Part shown: piece by piece, positions 54,051 through 62,513 of the stretch
Layout of the letters: each line of letters begins with the position of its first letter
Position numbering within the stretch: position 1 is the first letter of the stretch
Notes under the pieces: generated by a model
What the model was told of the DNA's origin: nothing
The model's database searches: none
The model's input: the letters and a program-made list of their open reading frames with translations, nothing else
Position numbers and translations under genes: made by a program
Assembly (NCBI GenBank): GCA_002305675.1
Contig: DBQA01000007.1
Location: 46,653-110,652 of the forward strand
DNA length: 64,000 nucleotides
Origin: Patescibacteria group bacterium UBA1406
GTDB lineage: Bacteria; Patescibacteriota; Microgenomatia; UBA1406
Reading direction: 5' to 3'

Positions 54051-54977
54051 ATGAACCGCAAGCTGTATTTCAATATCACGAATTCATGCAACCTGGCTTG
54101 CCGATATTGCTACTACAACACGGGGCTCGAAAAAAGGATCTTCCACAAACTGGAACCGGATAAAATAATCAGGACCATACCCAAACTTAGGAAATTATTC
54201 GATGAGATCATCTTTACCGGCGGAGAGCCCCTTTTGTATCCGCAGGTTTTCGATATCGCCGCCGCCTGCAAAAGGAACGGTTTTGCCATTTCACTCCTCA
54301 CGAACGGAACGCTCTTGACGGAGAGGAACGTCGAAAAAATAATCAAGACCGGTTTTGATACCGTATCCGTTTCCATGGACTCGTTGTCCCCTGAGGTGAA
54401 CAATTACCAGCGGGGCAGAAGCGAACAGCTATATGCCGGACTACAAAACCTCATCCGGCAAAGGCCGCGAAAAATGACCCTGGAGATCATGCAGACCGTC
54501 AGCCGGAAAAACATCGATGACATCTTGTCCATCCTGAAATACGCCCAGAAGCACCGGCTCGTTCATTGGGTGGATCCTGTAGAAATTAATCCCGACCGGC
54601 CGGAGCTGAAAGAGTTCGATCTCTATGCCGCCTCGGAAAAGGAGCTCGCCAAACTGGAGCAGAACATGCTCAAATGGGCCGACGGTAATGAACTGCTTCT
54701 GAACTACGCCTACAACACGATCCGGTTGATAAAAAAGGAGCAACCGATCGGTCTTTTTTGCCCAATGGGAACGTATCATTTCGTGGTCGATGTGGACGGC
54801 GAAGTTTACCCCTGCTTCCTTCTGAAACAGATCAAACTCGGCAATCTGTGGGACGGCGATCCAGAGAAGATCTTCAAAGGCAATACCCATTACGCGACCA
54901 AGATGAGGCCAGTTTTGCAAAAAGCCGGCTGCGTCAGCCTGGGCTGCATCTGCATGACCCTGACCGGCAACTACTGA
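54051..54977 (+). CDS. radical SAM enzyme with a C-terminal SPASM/twitch-like Cys cluster (peptide/protein-modifying type)
   Basis: CNLACRYCYY (CxxxCxxC), GGEPLL, and the C-terminal CPMGTYHFVVDVDGEVYPCF...GCVSLGCICM. The track ORF 53694-54977 is over-extended across the antisense DUF360 gene. Confidence 0.8.
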   Translation: MNRKLYFNITNSCNLACRYCYYNTGLEKRIFHKLEPDKIIRTIPKLRKLFDEIIFTGGEPLLYPQVFDIAAACKRNGFAISLLTNGTLLTERNVEKIIKTGFDTVSVSMDSLSPEVNNYQRGRSEQLYAGLQNLIRQRPRKMTLEIMQTVSRKNIDDILSILKYAQKHRLVHWVDPVEINPDRPELKEFDLYAASEKELAKLEQNMLKWADGNELLLNYAYNTIRLIKKEQPIGLFCPMGTYHFVVDVDGEVYPCFLLKQIKLGNLWDGDPEKIFKGNTHYATKMRPVLQKAGCVSLGCICMTLTGNY

Positions 54978-54981
54978 CGCC

Positions 54982-55347
54982 TCAACCGATATACCTGTCC
55001 ACCATATCTTCCAGGGTATCAATATTGAAGGGTTTGGCCAGAAAGGCTTCCGCCTGGATGCGCTTGGAAACCTTTTCCACGTCCTTGCTCGCCGAGATGA
55101 TTATCAGGGGAATACCTTTCGTTTCCGAGTCGTTCTTCAGGCTCTGGGCAATCTCCTCTCCCCCCATCTTCGGCATCCAGAGATCGAGAAGGATCAGATC
55201 GGGCTTGACCTCTTTTGCCTTCAGATAAAGTCCGGCCCCATCAGAGTCAAGAATCACCACATAGCCCTTATCCTCCAAGACTATGCGGGTCACATCCAAT
55301 ATGCCTTTGTCATCATCGCATATCATAACTGTTTTAGTCGTCGACAT
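54982..55347 (-). CDS. stand-alone response-regulator receiver (CheY-like)
   Basis: VMICDDD..., phospho-acceptor LILLDLWMP, and the conserved K in LAKPF. No output domain and no kinase in the window. Confidence 0.8.
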   Translation of the reverse strand: MSTTKTVMICDDDKGILDVTRIVLEDKGYVVILDSDGAGLYLKAKEVKPDLILLDLWMPKMGGEEIAQSLKNDSETKGIPLIIISASKDVEKVSKRIQAEAFLAKPFNIDTLEDMVDRYIG

Positions 55348-55475
55348 GGCACAATAGACATTGCTAATAATCAAGCACTCCTCACCTCAACCTACTGAAG
55401 ACACACTCTTTACTTCATAGTAATAGCACCCTATGAGAATATTGTAAGATTTCATTTAGAAAACGATGAGGCTTT

Positions 55476-56618
55476 TCAGATAACCTTGAAGGTACCCCGG
55501 TACATCCCCATGCTGCAGGAAAAGTGGATGGTCCCTTCTTTCTCGGGCAGGAACTCCACCACGTTCTCCCCTCTTTGGATAACCTTCTGCACGTTCAGGG
55601 TGGGGACCACCAGGAAGTTTTGACAGCCGTAGACCACCTCGCCCTCTATTTCCCACCTGACGGGAATGCCCTTCTTAACGGTAAAGAAGTCCGGACTGTA
55701 ACCGTACCTGTCCACCTTCATCTTCACCACCTGGAAGCCGTCCCTGACTTCCGGCAGGCCGGCGGCCAACTTTTGGCTGGCCGGGAGATAATCCTGAATG
55801 CTAATGCCCCTGGTCACCAAAAAGTTGTTGGAATAACTAAGGCCCATGATGATCAACAGGATGCCGACGAACTTCTGGAAAACGACATAATACTTGGAGC
55901 TAGCGAAAGACGAGGTGAAGCCAATAAGCATCAGGACAGGCATCGTCCCCAGGGCAAAGACGGTCAGGACAATAGCACTTCTGACCGGATCGGCCAACCC
56001 GAAGGCATAGAGCTGTACCGCCTGGGTAAAACCGCAGGGCAAAAAATAGGTAATGCCACCCAGGAGAAAGGCGGTGTTTTTTGGTTTTTTGATGAGCATC
56101 CCTTCCAACCGCTCGAAAAGTCCTTTAGTGAAGGTGGGAACGGGAAAAGAGATGAGCTTGGCCATATCGAGACCGATAAGGAGCATCATTATGGCCACAG
56201 CGAGACTGACGAACTGGCCGAGTTGCAGGTCATAGGTGACCGTCCTTCCGGCATAACCCAGCACCAGTCCGAATACACCATACGATAGTATCCTGCCGAC
56301 GTTAAAGAACAGGGCCGGCATGACACTCCTGTCGTTCAATTTGCCGATGGTCGCCAGGAACAGGGAACCGGTGGTGGCCATACAGGTCGAGGTTGACGCT
56401 ACCACCCCGAGGCCAAAGGCTGCCAAAAAAGACATTTCGCCACTGATATTCAGTTCCGGCACCAGGTTGAAGCTTTTCACCAAAAAGTAGACCAGGAAAA
56501 TGACCAGTGCAAAAGCCATGGCTTCCAGGAAGCGGTTCATAAATGATTCACGGGTTACGTTACATGAAGAACAATACCCAGCCTTAACAAATAGCGCTGT
56601 TTTTTTGGTTTTTCCCAT
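55476..56618 (-). CDS. DsbD_2/TauE-like polytopic membrane domain fused to a C-terminal cupredoxin-like domain
   Basis: An N-terminal CSSC, TM-embedded Cys (TSTCMATTG, YFLPCGFTQA) and a C-terminal beta domain ending HFSCSMGMYRGTFKVI. Confidence 0.65.
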   Translation of the reverse strand: MGKTKKTALFVKAGYCSSCNVTRESFMNRFLEAMAFALVIFLVYFLVKSFNLVPELNISGEMSFLAAFGLGVVASTSTCMATTGSLFLATIGKLNDRSVMPALFFNVGRILSYGVFGLVLGYAGRTVTYDLQLGQFVSLAVAIMMLLIGLDMAKLISFPVPTFTKGLFERLEGMLIKKPKNTAFLLGGITYFLPCGFTQAVQLYAFGLADPVRSAIVLTVFALGTMPVLMLIGFTSSFASSKYYVVFQKFVGILLIIMGLSYSNNFLVTRGISIQDYLPASQKLAAGLPEVRDGFQVVKMKVDRYGYSPDFFTVKKGIPVRWEIEGEVVYGCQNFLVVPTLNVQKVIQRGENVVEFLPEKEGTIHFSCSMGMYRGTFKVI

Positions 56619-56658
56619 AAGTTAGGTGTTTTATATTTATATCCTAACTTAAGGGCAA
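56618..56658 (-). promoter_or_regulatory. candidate promoter (TTGCCC-17-TATAAA) bracketed by a perfect 9-bp inverted repeat (candidate operator)
   Basis: TAAGTTAGG (56618-56626) and CCTAACTTA (56643-56651) flank a 16-nt AT-rich spacer containing the -10. The proximal arm abuts ATG 56618. Confidence 0.4.
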
Positions 56659-56675
56659 ATTCAATCTTCCCCGTC

Positions 56676-58103
56676 TTAAACTCCGCAACCCCCACCTTGC
56701 CTGGGGACTTCTTTTTCATACCCGTTCTGGGATAACCAGTTCTTGATGTTCTGCCAACCCGTCACCGAGGAATAATCCCTGCCCAAAATGACCTTGCCGT
56801 CAATATCGGCAAAGTCTTTCCCGTCTTTGGCTTTGAAGTATATGGCGAGATCATAATAGTTAGAAGGGAACCAGTAAGCGTTGATAAATTTCGCCGCCTC
56901 ATACATCTCTTTTTCCGTTGCCCCGCTAGCAGCCATAAGCTCGAGAACCCCAAGAAGCGCCATGCCATGATTACAGTCAGGAAAAGAAGTTGGATTATTG
57001 CAGCAAGGACGATAGACATTGCCGCTCACCTCATCTACCAGTTGTTGCTGCTTTGGGGTCAGGGCAATCAGATCTCCGATAGCATAATAATCCATTACAT
57101 CATCTCCCCTGGTCAGGCTCCACCCACCGGTGGAAGCGAAATTGCCGACCTGGTCCTGACCGTATTTGGTTATTTCACCCTCTGTCAGGATTTTGTTTTT
57201 ATTCGCTAGACCAAATGCCCAGAAAAAATTTAAAAGGAAATATGAGTTTTCAGGGGTGATTTTTATCTTTTCTTGAGACCCCTCGGTCAGGATTTTAAGC
57301 TGTTCTTTACCCAACGGCTGTCCGGCGTTTTCATAAACATCCTGAAATTTCTCCAGATCAATAACCCCAAGTTCTACCATCTTCGGACCTAGATCCCCAT
57401 AACTGACATTGAGATCATAACCTTCTCGGGGATTGATTTGCAAAAATACAGAGTCTGCATCTATGTTTCCTGAAACTCCGCCGGCTACCAACGCCTGCTT
57501 TTGTCTAAAATCTACTTTCCAGTTATTCGGAAGTTTTGGCAACATATAGACAACTAGCACAAAGACAGCGACCACACCCACTGGTCTTAACTGCTCCAAG
57601 ACCCTTTTAGACTTGTCCTTACCCACCTTACAGGCCCCCGACAATGTCTTGGCATACTCATTGAGGGAATACAACAAAATCAGGGAAGACAGGAATTTTA
57701 CTTCCAGCCCTCCTAAAGGCAGAGCAGTTAGTGACGCAGCTACCCCTAGGGTAGGCAACAGAATAGCGCCGCAAACAGTACACCCTGTGGCAGCGACGGA
57801 ATATACCAGCGCTCCCAAGGTTTCCAAAATGGAACCATGTTTCTTTTTGTCTTTTTTCCTTTCTTCTAGAACGGCAATAAACATCGTTATCGCCACTCCG
57901 ATAAATACCGCATTAACCAAGCTTAAAAAGATCTGACTGTAGTTATAAAAGGGAATATTTGATTCCCAAAACGTGGACCAAGTAGCTGTTTGTAAAAGTA
58001 TAAAGTAATAAATGAGCATCACGCTCAGAGATACAGAAAAAGTTGTCACCCAAGCAGAGTAACTCCGGTAAACTTTTTTAAACACTTTGGTATAGGTATC
58101 CAT
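56676..58103 (-). CDS. hypothetical protein: N-terminal CxxC four-TM domain plus a ~290-aa exodomain with CCNNPTSFPDCNHG
   Basis: I prefer ATG 58103 (MDTYTKVF). TM motif ATGCTVCGAILLPTLG...LPLGGLE. C-terminal YRPCCNNPTSFPDCNHGMALLG and a terminal GGGCGV. Confidence 0.6.
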   Translation of the reverse strand: MDTYTKVFKKVYRSYSAWVTTFSVSLSVMLIYYFILLQTATWSTFWESNIPFYNYSQIFLSLVNAVFIGVAITMFIAVLEERKKDKKKHGSILETLGALVYSVAATGCTVCGAILLPTLGVAASLTALPLGGLEVKFLSSLILLYSLNEYAKTLSGACKVGKDKSKRVLEQLRPVGVVAVFVLVVYMLPKLPNNWKVDFRQKQALVAGGVSGNIDADSVFLQINPREGYDLNVSYGDLGPKMVELGVIDLEKFQDVYENAGQPLGKEQLKILTEGSQEKIKITPENSYFLLNFFWAFGLANKNKILTEGEITKYGQDQVGNFASTGGWSLTRGDDVMDYYAIGDLIALTPKQQQLVDEVSGNVYRPCCNNPTSFPDCNHGMALLGVLELMAASGATEKEMYEAAKFINAYWFPSNYYDLAIYFKAKDGKDFADIDGKVILGRDYSSVTGWQNIKNWLSQNGYEKEVPRQGGGCGV

Positions 58104-58137
58104 GAGTTGTTTTATATAACTATTAATAATGTGCCCC

Positions 58138-58551
58138 CTAGTTTTCAATAAAATTGATGATCTTATCTCTATCAAATTGTTCTAGAACAAGAATGTCCTG
58201 ATATTTGGTGAGGATGATTTTGCCATCGTAATCATTCGGAGCCAGATAGACATAATCATACTGTTTAACAAGCTCCTCTAACCTCGTAATCAAGTCTCTT
58301 TCACACCCAAAATCCTGACAGTTATATTGAATAACTACTCCAGGCCTGCCCATGCCGTCGGCATGCTCAAGCATATGTTTCTGGATGGGTTCAGACATCG
58401 GGTCATATAGGATATGGCTTCTGGGAGAAAGTTCTACATGGCCTTTAAGATCCGTAGGAGGAAGTCTGCGTCTCCCTGATCTATCGTTTAAGAACCACAC
58501 CAGTCCTCCGAAAAAAATCAGCGTAGCTAGTAAATAAAAAGTTGTTTTCAT
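58138..58551 (-). CDS. N-terminally anchored protein, DUF3105-like (HxxEH and CxxxxC motifs)
   Basis: KHMLEHADGMGRPGVVIQYNCQDFGCE resembles my recollection of DUF3105. The ATG at 58551 shares one base with the upstream TGA. Confidence 0.45.
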   Translation of the reverse strand: MKTTFYLLATLIFFGGLVWFLNDRSGRRRLPPTDLKGHVELSPRSHILYDPMSEPIQKHMLEHADGMGRPGVVIQYNCQDFGCERDLITRLEELVKQYDYVYLAPNDYDGKIILTKYQDILVLEQFDRDKIINFIEN

Positions 58552-59150
58552 CAAACTCTTTTATCAACTAAAACTTTCATCGTATTGTATTGTTTAACTC
58601 TGAAGCTGTCAACCTTGGTATTGTATTTTTTAATACAATTGCCCGTGACTCCCTCTGCCAGCCGCCATAGGGAGAAAATTATCAATAATATCCCGGCAAG
58701 TCCGAATTCCATGCCTGCTAAAGGGAGCCTGGCAGTCAGCCAAAGTGCAGTTCCGGCTGGAAGCAGACTGCCAAGTATAAAAGAACCGCAACTCAGGCAA
58801 GATAGGCCGATGAAACCGCTGAAAGTACCGACTAATCCATTGGCAGAGGCATTCCGTAGATAGACCACAAAACTCAGATAGATACCGAAAAAAAATGCCA
58901 TGACTATCGCCAGTACTGCCTTTAAAAAAGTAAAATTAGTAGCGAAACCCTTCAGAAGCCCAACTATTAATCTAAGCTTCAAATCCCAGGCTATACCCTG
59001 ACGGCTCAGAACCTGAACAATGAGAGAGACATTTGGCAACCAGATAATTAGAGCAAAGAAGGCAGCCGCGACTACCATTGTTAGAATAAAATAGGACTTT
59101 CTGCCGTATACCAGAAGCAGTGAACTGTAAAAAACGTGCCAATATTTCAT
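58551..59150 (-). CDS. hypothetical CxxC four-TM membrane protein, paralogous to the N-domain of 56676-58103
   Basis: LSCLSCGSFILGSLLPAG...RLPLAGMEFGLAGILLIIFSL...GNC aligns with the corresponding segment of the 475-aa protein. Confidence 0.6.
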   Translation of the reverse strand: MKYWHVFYSSLLLVYGRKSYFILTMVVAAAFFALIIWLPNVSLIVQVLSRQGIAWDLKLRLIVGLLKGFATNFTFLKAVLAIVMAFFFGIYLSFVVYLRNASANGLVGTFSGFIGLSCLSCGSFILGSLLPAGTALWLTARLPLAGMEFGLAGILLIIFSLWRLAEGVTGNCIKKYNTKVDSFRVKQYNTMKVLVDKRV

Positions 59151-59893
59151 TTCTCTTTTTGTAAACTAAGTTCTATCAAATCCCGGAAAACTTCATAGGG
59201 CTGAGCGCCTGATAAACTATACGGTTCCTGTCCCTCTGTTAAAAAGACAAAGTGCGGGGTGCCCTTCGCACCGGCCAGCATTCCGTCAACGTAATCCTGA
59301 CTAATACGGCGGTTATACCGATCGCTATCCAGACATTCCTGGAAAGCGGGGACGAACAAACCCGTTTCTTCAGCAATTACCGCCAGGAGCGACAGATCCA
59401 GGCCGTCACTAGATTTTGTCAACTCGAATAGTCTGTCGGCATATTTCCAAAAAGCTTCATGTCCACCAATTTCGGCCGCACACTCCGAAGCCCTAGCTTC
59501 TTGTCTGGCATTCTTATGTCTGTCTATCGGGAAGTGCCGATATATCCAGGCGGCCTTGCCGCTCGGTCCATATTCTTCAATAATTTTCTTCATCGTCGGG
59601 TGGACCTTTTTGCAAAAGGGGCATTCAAAATCCGAGTATTCAATGATTTTTACCTTCGCATCTTTATTCCCCCGGATATGGTCATTGATATCCACCGGCC
59701 GGATATACTGGACCTCGTTTACAACCTGAGTTTTGGGTATACTGATACCGACTTCGGAAACATCGGCTTCATTGCTAGGAAGCGCTTGGGTAACAGGTTC
59801 TTTTTTGGCTGTTGGCACTTTGTCTAGCTCCTTAAGCAACAGACCGGCTCCAACAAAGATCAACACCAACAATAATTTCTTTATAAGACTCAT
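59147..59893 (-). CDS. DsbA-like thiol:disulfide oxidoreductase (membrane-anchored)
   Basis: IIEYSDFECPFCKKVHP (CPFC active site) with an N-terminal TM. I prefer ATG 59893. Confidence 0.85.
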   Translation of the reverse strand: MSLIKKLLLVLIFVGAGLLLKELDKVPTAKKEPVTQALPSNEADVSEVGISIPKTQVVNEVQYIRPVDINDHIRGNKDAKVKIIEYSDFECPFCKKVHPTMKKIIEEYGPSGKAAWIYRHFPIDRHKNARQEARASECAAEIGGHEAFWKYADRLFELTKSSDGLDLSLLAVIAEETGLFVPAFQECLDSDRYNRRISQDYVDGMLAGAKGTPHFVFLTEGQEPYSLSGAQPYEVFRDLIELSLQKEK

Positions 59894-59894
59894 A

Positions 59895-60326
59895 TTATCC
59901 AATTATTAAATCAGCCCTCATGCCCCGGTTGCGATGGTCGAGCACTTTGCAAATAATTCTATATCTGCCTTTTTTCGGCTGGTTCAAATTGACCAAGGCA
60001 AATCCGCCCGGTTCTACCTGGCCTGTGTCTATGCCTAGGTCTTCGATTACCATACTGTGCGGTTCCCTCCCTCTGTTTGTGAACACCAGGAAGACATTTT
60101 TTCCCTCCTGAATACTAGTCTCCTTCGGCAGAAGATAATATTCTGTAGCTGTGATCTTGAACTGATTCGGCTGTTTTCGGTCCTGTTTTTTTTGTCCAGC
60201 GGTCTTTTTCTCAACAACCGGCACGTCTCTATCCGCAGACAAAAACCCACTGTCAGATATTAAAACCACTCCCAAAATTATGAAAAGAGCAAAAAACAGC
60301 CTTTTCAGCCATAAGCCTTTGTTCAT
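59895..60326 (-). CDS. membrane-anchored cupredoxin with a complete type-1 copper ligand set
   Basis: An N-terminal TM, His in REPHSMVI, and C-x4-H-x4-M in IICKVLDHRNRGM. Confidence 0.7.
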   Translation of the reverse strand: MNKGLWLKRLFFALFIILGVVLISDSGFLSADRDVPVVEKKTAGQKKQDRKQPNQFKITATEYYLLPKETSIQEGKNVFLVFTNRGREPHSMVIEDLGIDTGQVEPGGFALVNLNQPKKGRYRIICKVLDHRNRGMRADLIIG

Positions 60327-60341
60327 GTATATACAAGATAA

Positions 60342-60599
60342 TTACTTTCTTTTGCTTAATAACTCCAAACTCCATCCGAAAACATAACCAACAACCCAGG
60401 ATACTATCGCAAACAGCACGCCGCCAAGCACTACGTTATAAAAACTCAAGCTCTGATGCCCAACGTTACCGAGCGCAAACAGTTCTGCTCCGGCCCGGTA
60501 AAGCCCAGGCAATAAAATGGCAATCATCGTGCAAGCAATCCACAGGATAGCTCCCGTCAAAGCAAAAGCGTTGGCCAGTAACTCTTTGGTAAGCTTCAT
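60342..60599 (-). CDS. hypothetical small three-TM protein
   Basis: 85 aa, hydrophobic, with an ATGA overlap with the upstream gene. Confidence 0.5.
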   Translation of the reverse strand: MKLTKELLANAFALTGAILWIACTMIAILLPGLYRAGAELFALGNVGHQSLSFYNVVLGGVLFAIVSWVVGYVFGWSLELLSKRK

Positions 60600-61081
60600 T
60601 TTTTCTCACCTCCTTCCTCCGATAGAGCGATTGCTGATAGTCTTGTAACCTGTTTAACAAGATAGTGAATACCAAAAATATTACTTATGATGCCAATTAC
60701 TATAAACCAAACCTGATATTCCGCCAAAATTACCAAAGCCCCGGAAATGCCGATTATGGGCAAGATATCCGCTAAATGATGGGCACAGCACATCACCATA
60801 CTGGTCGCCGAAACACCCATATTCGCCGTAGTAATTTTTCCGGCAGAGCCCAATATCCGGCTCTGCCTATACAAGTAGCTCGCCAAACCCACCTGTATCC
60901 CAAAACCCAGATCAAGAACCAAAATCCAGAGCCAAATATTTTTGAACTGGGTAAAGGCATAATCCCAAGAGCCGCCGCCGAGGCGTAAAACCAAAAAATA
61001 GAAGGCCATCAATCCTGTAGCGCCCAGGAAAGCATCCAAAAACTCAACCGGGCTAACAACAACCTCCTTCTTTTTATTCAT
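60596..61081 (-). CDS. hypothetical four-TM protein with an intramembrane CCAHH motif
   Basis: SATSMVMCCAHHLADILPIIG lies within a predicted helix. 161 aa. Confidence 0.55.
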   Translation of the reverse strand: MNKKKEVVVSPVEFLDAFLGATGLMAFYFLVLRLGGGSWDYAFTQFKNIWLWILVLDLGFGIQVGLASYLYRQSRILGSAGKITTANMGVSATSMVMCCAHHLADILPIIGISGALVILAEYQVWFIVIGIISNIFGIHYLVKQVTRLSAIALSEEGGEKK

Positions 61082-62513
61082 TTTCTGGATCGATTAATAT
61101 CTGCCTCTTTTCGATCCCGGCAATATTTTCACCCACCAGATAAAACGGTTGGCCTGGATTTTGAAAAGTCATTTCCGCTGACAGATGGTGACCTTCTCCT
61201 TCTGTTTTTACCTCCCGAGCATAATATCTCCTGTCTCTCTGTTGTAGATATATATCCCTCCCAAAATCCACGCTCGACAGATTAGCATTATGGGTATCCA
61301 AATAGACTTTGAGGATAAGGGTTTTTGTTCTTAAGCTGGATACACTTTCTATCGCCATTGTCACTCCGCCCTCTCCAGTATCGCTCTTGGTAAAATACGG
61401 GACCCCGTCAGAAACAGTTTCCACCATCTCGACCACGTCATTTGCTACCGACCTTTTTTCCTGGCCGCTTTCAAGCACAAACCAGGCCAACGAGGTGACA
61501 ACCAACATCAAAGCCAATATTCGGATATAGTTTGCCTTACTCGTATTTGGGTTATGTTTTTCCTTTGGGTCATGATCGTTTTTGAAGGTTTTCAGACAAT
61601 GATCGGAGCAAAAATAATAGGTGCTACCATCCACCTCTTTTTTGTATCTGGCGGTAGCGATGTCAATTTTCATTTTACAGACAGGATCGACAGCAAGATG
61701 GGCTTTCTTTTTCCGTAAAAGCACAAAAGAGAGATATATAATCAGGGCAAAAAAAGAAATGTCCAAGAGGGGATTCTGGAAATATTTGGAAACGTTAAAG
61801 ATAACCGTTCTTAAGGCAGTATCAAGCGAGGAGGTATCACCCATCATAACGATTTTACCCTGATAGTTCAAAACGGCAATGGTGAGTCCGCTCACCACAA
61901 AAATGAAAGCTCCTATTATCTTGAATATGTCGTATATTTTTTTCCTGGCCTGGCCGATGACTTTTTGGGATATCCTGTCATAGAACAAAGACATCAGGAA
62001 CAAGGGAAAGACTATTCCCAAAACATAAGCGAAAGCGACGAATATCGCCTGGAACATGGACGGGGACAAAGAAGTTAGCGTTATTGCCGCGAACAAAACC
62101 GGGGCGCAACAAGAGGAAGTCAGACCGGATATAACCCCCAGCCCGTAGATGGACAAGGCATCCACCTTGCCACCCGCATTTCTGCTGAAGGTGAGAGAAA
62201 AGGGCATCTTGACTTCCAAAAGAGTCATAACTCCTATCAACACCAATACGAGCGCTCCCAGATAATAGAAAAAGCCGTGGTAAAGATCAAAGAAAGAAAC
62301 AATGAATTTGAATCCCAGGGCCACAGGCACCAGGATTGTCGCCAACCCGAGCGAAAAGATCAGCGTGTATAAAAACACCTTCTCGGTTTTTTTGAAAATG
62401 GTCCCAAGGTATGCCGGCAATAAAAAAGTGATGCAGCAGGGAGCGAACAGTGCCAATACTCCTGCTAGAAAAGAACCTGTCAGTGATATACCGAACAAAA
62501 AATTATTGTCCAT
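61074..62513 (-). CDS. CcdA/DsbD-like membrane thiol-transfer domain fused to a YHS (TRASH-type) metal-binding domain and a C-terminal anchored beta domain
   Basis: FAPCCITFLLPAYLG and TSSCCAPVLF in TMs. YHS: DPVCKMKIDIATARYKKEVDGSTYYFCSDHCLKTF. The C-terminal domain contains EGEGHHLSAEMTF. Confidence 0.7.
   Translation of the reverse strand: MDNNFLFGISLTGSFLAGVLALFAPCCITFLLPAYLGTIFKKTEKVFLYTLIFSLGLATILVPVALGFKFIVSFFDLYHGFFYYLGALVLVLIGVMTLLEVKMPFSLTFSRNAGGKVDALSIYGLGVISGLTSSCCAPVLFAAITLTSLSPSMFQAIFVAFAYVLGIVFPLFLMSLFYDRISQKVIGQARKKIYDIFKIIGAFIFVVSGLTIAVLNYQGKIVMMGDTSSLDTALRTVIFNVSKYFQNPLLDISFFALIIYLSFVLLRKKKAHLAVDPVCKMKIDIATARYKKEVDGSTYYFCSDHCLKTFKNDHDPKEKHNPNTSKANYIRILALMLVVTSLAWFVLESGQEKRSVANDVVEMVETVSDGVPYFTKSDTGEGGVTMAIESVSSLRTKTLILKVYLDTHNANLSSVDFGRDIYLQQRDRRYYAREVKTEGEGHHLSAEMTFQNPGQPFYLVGENIAGIEKRQILIDPENE

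Noticed and set aside
54441-56288. ORFs 54441-55022 (-), 54758-55228 (+) and 55524-56288 (+).
   Set aside because: They are antisense or out of frame relative to the radical SAM, receiver and DsbD_2-cupredoxin genes, which carry the recognisable motifs.
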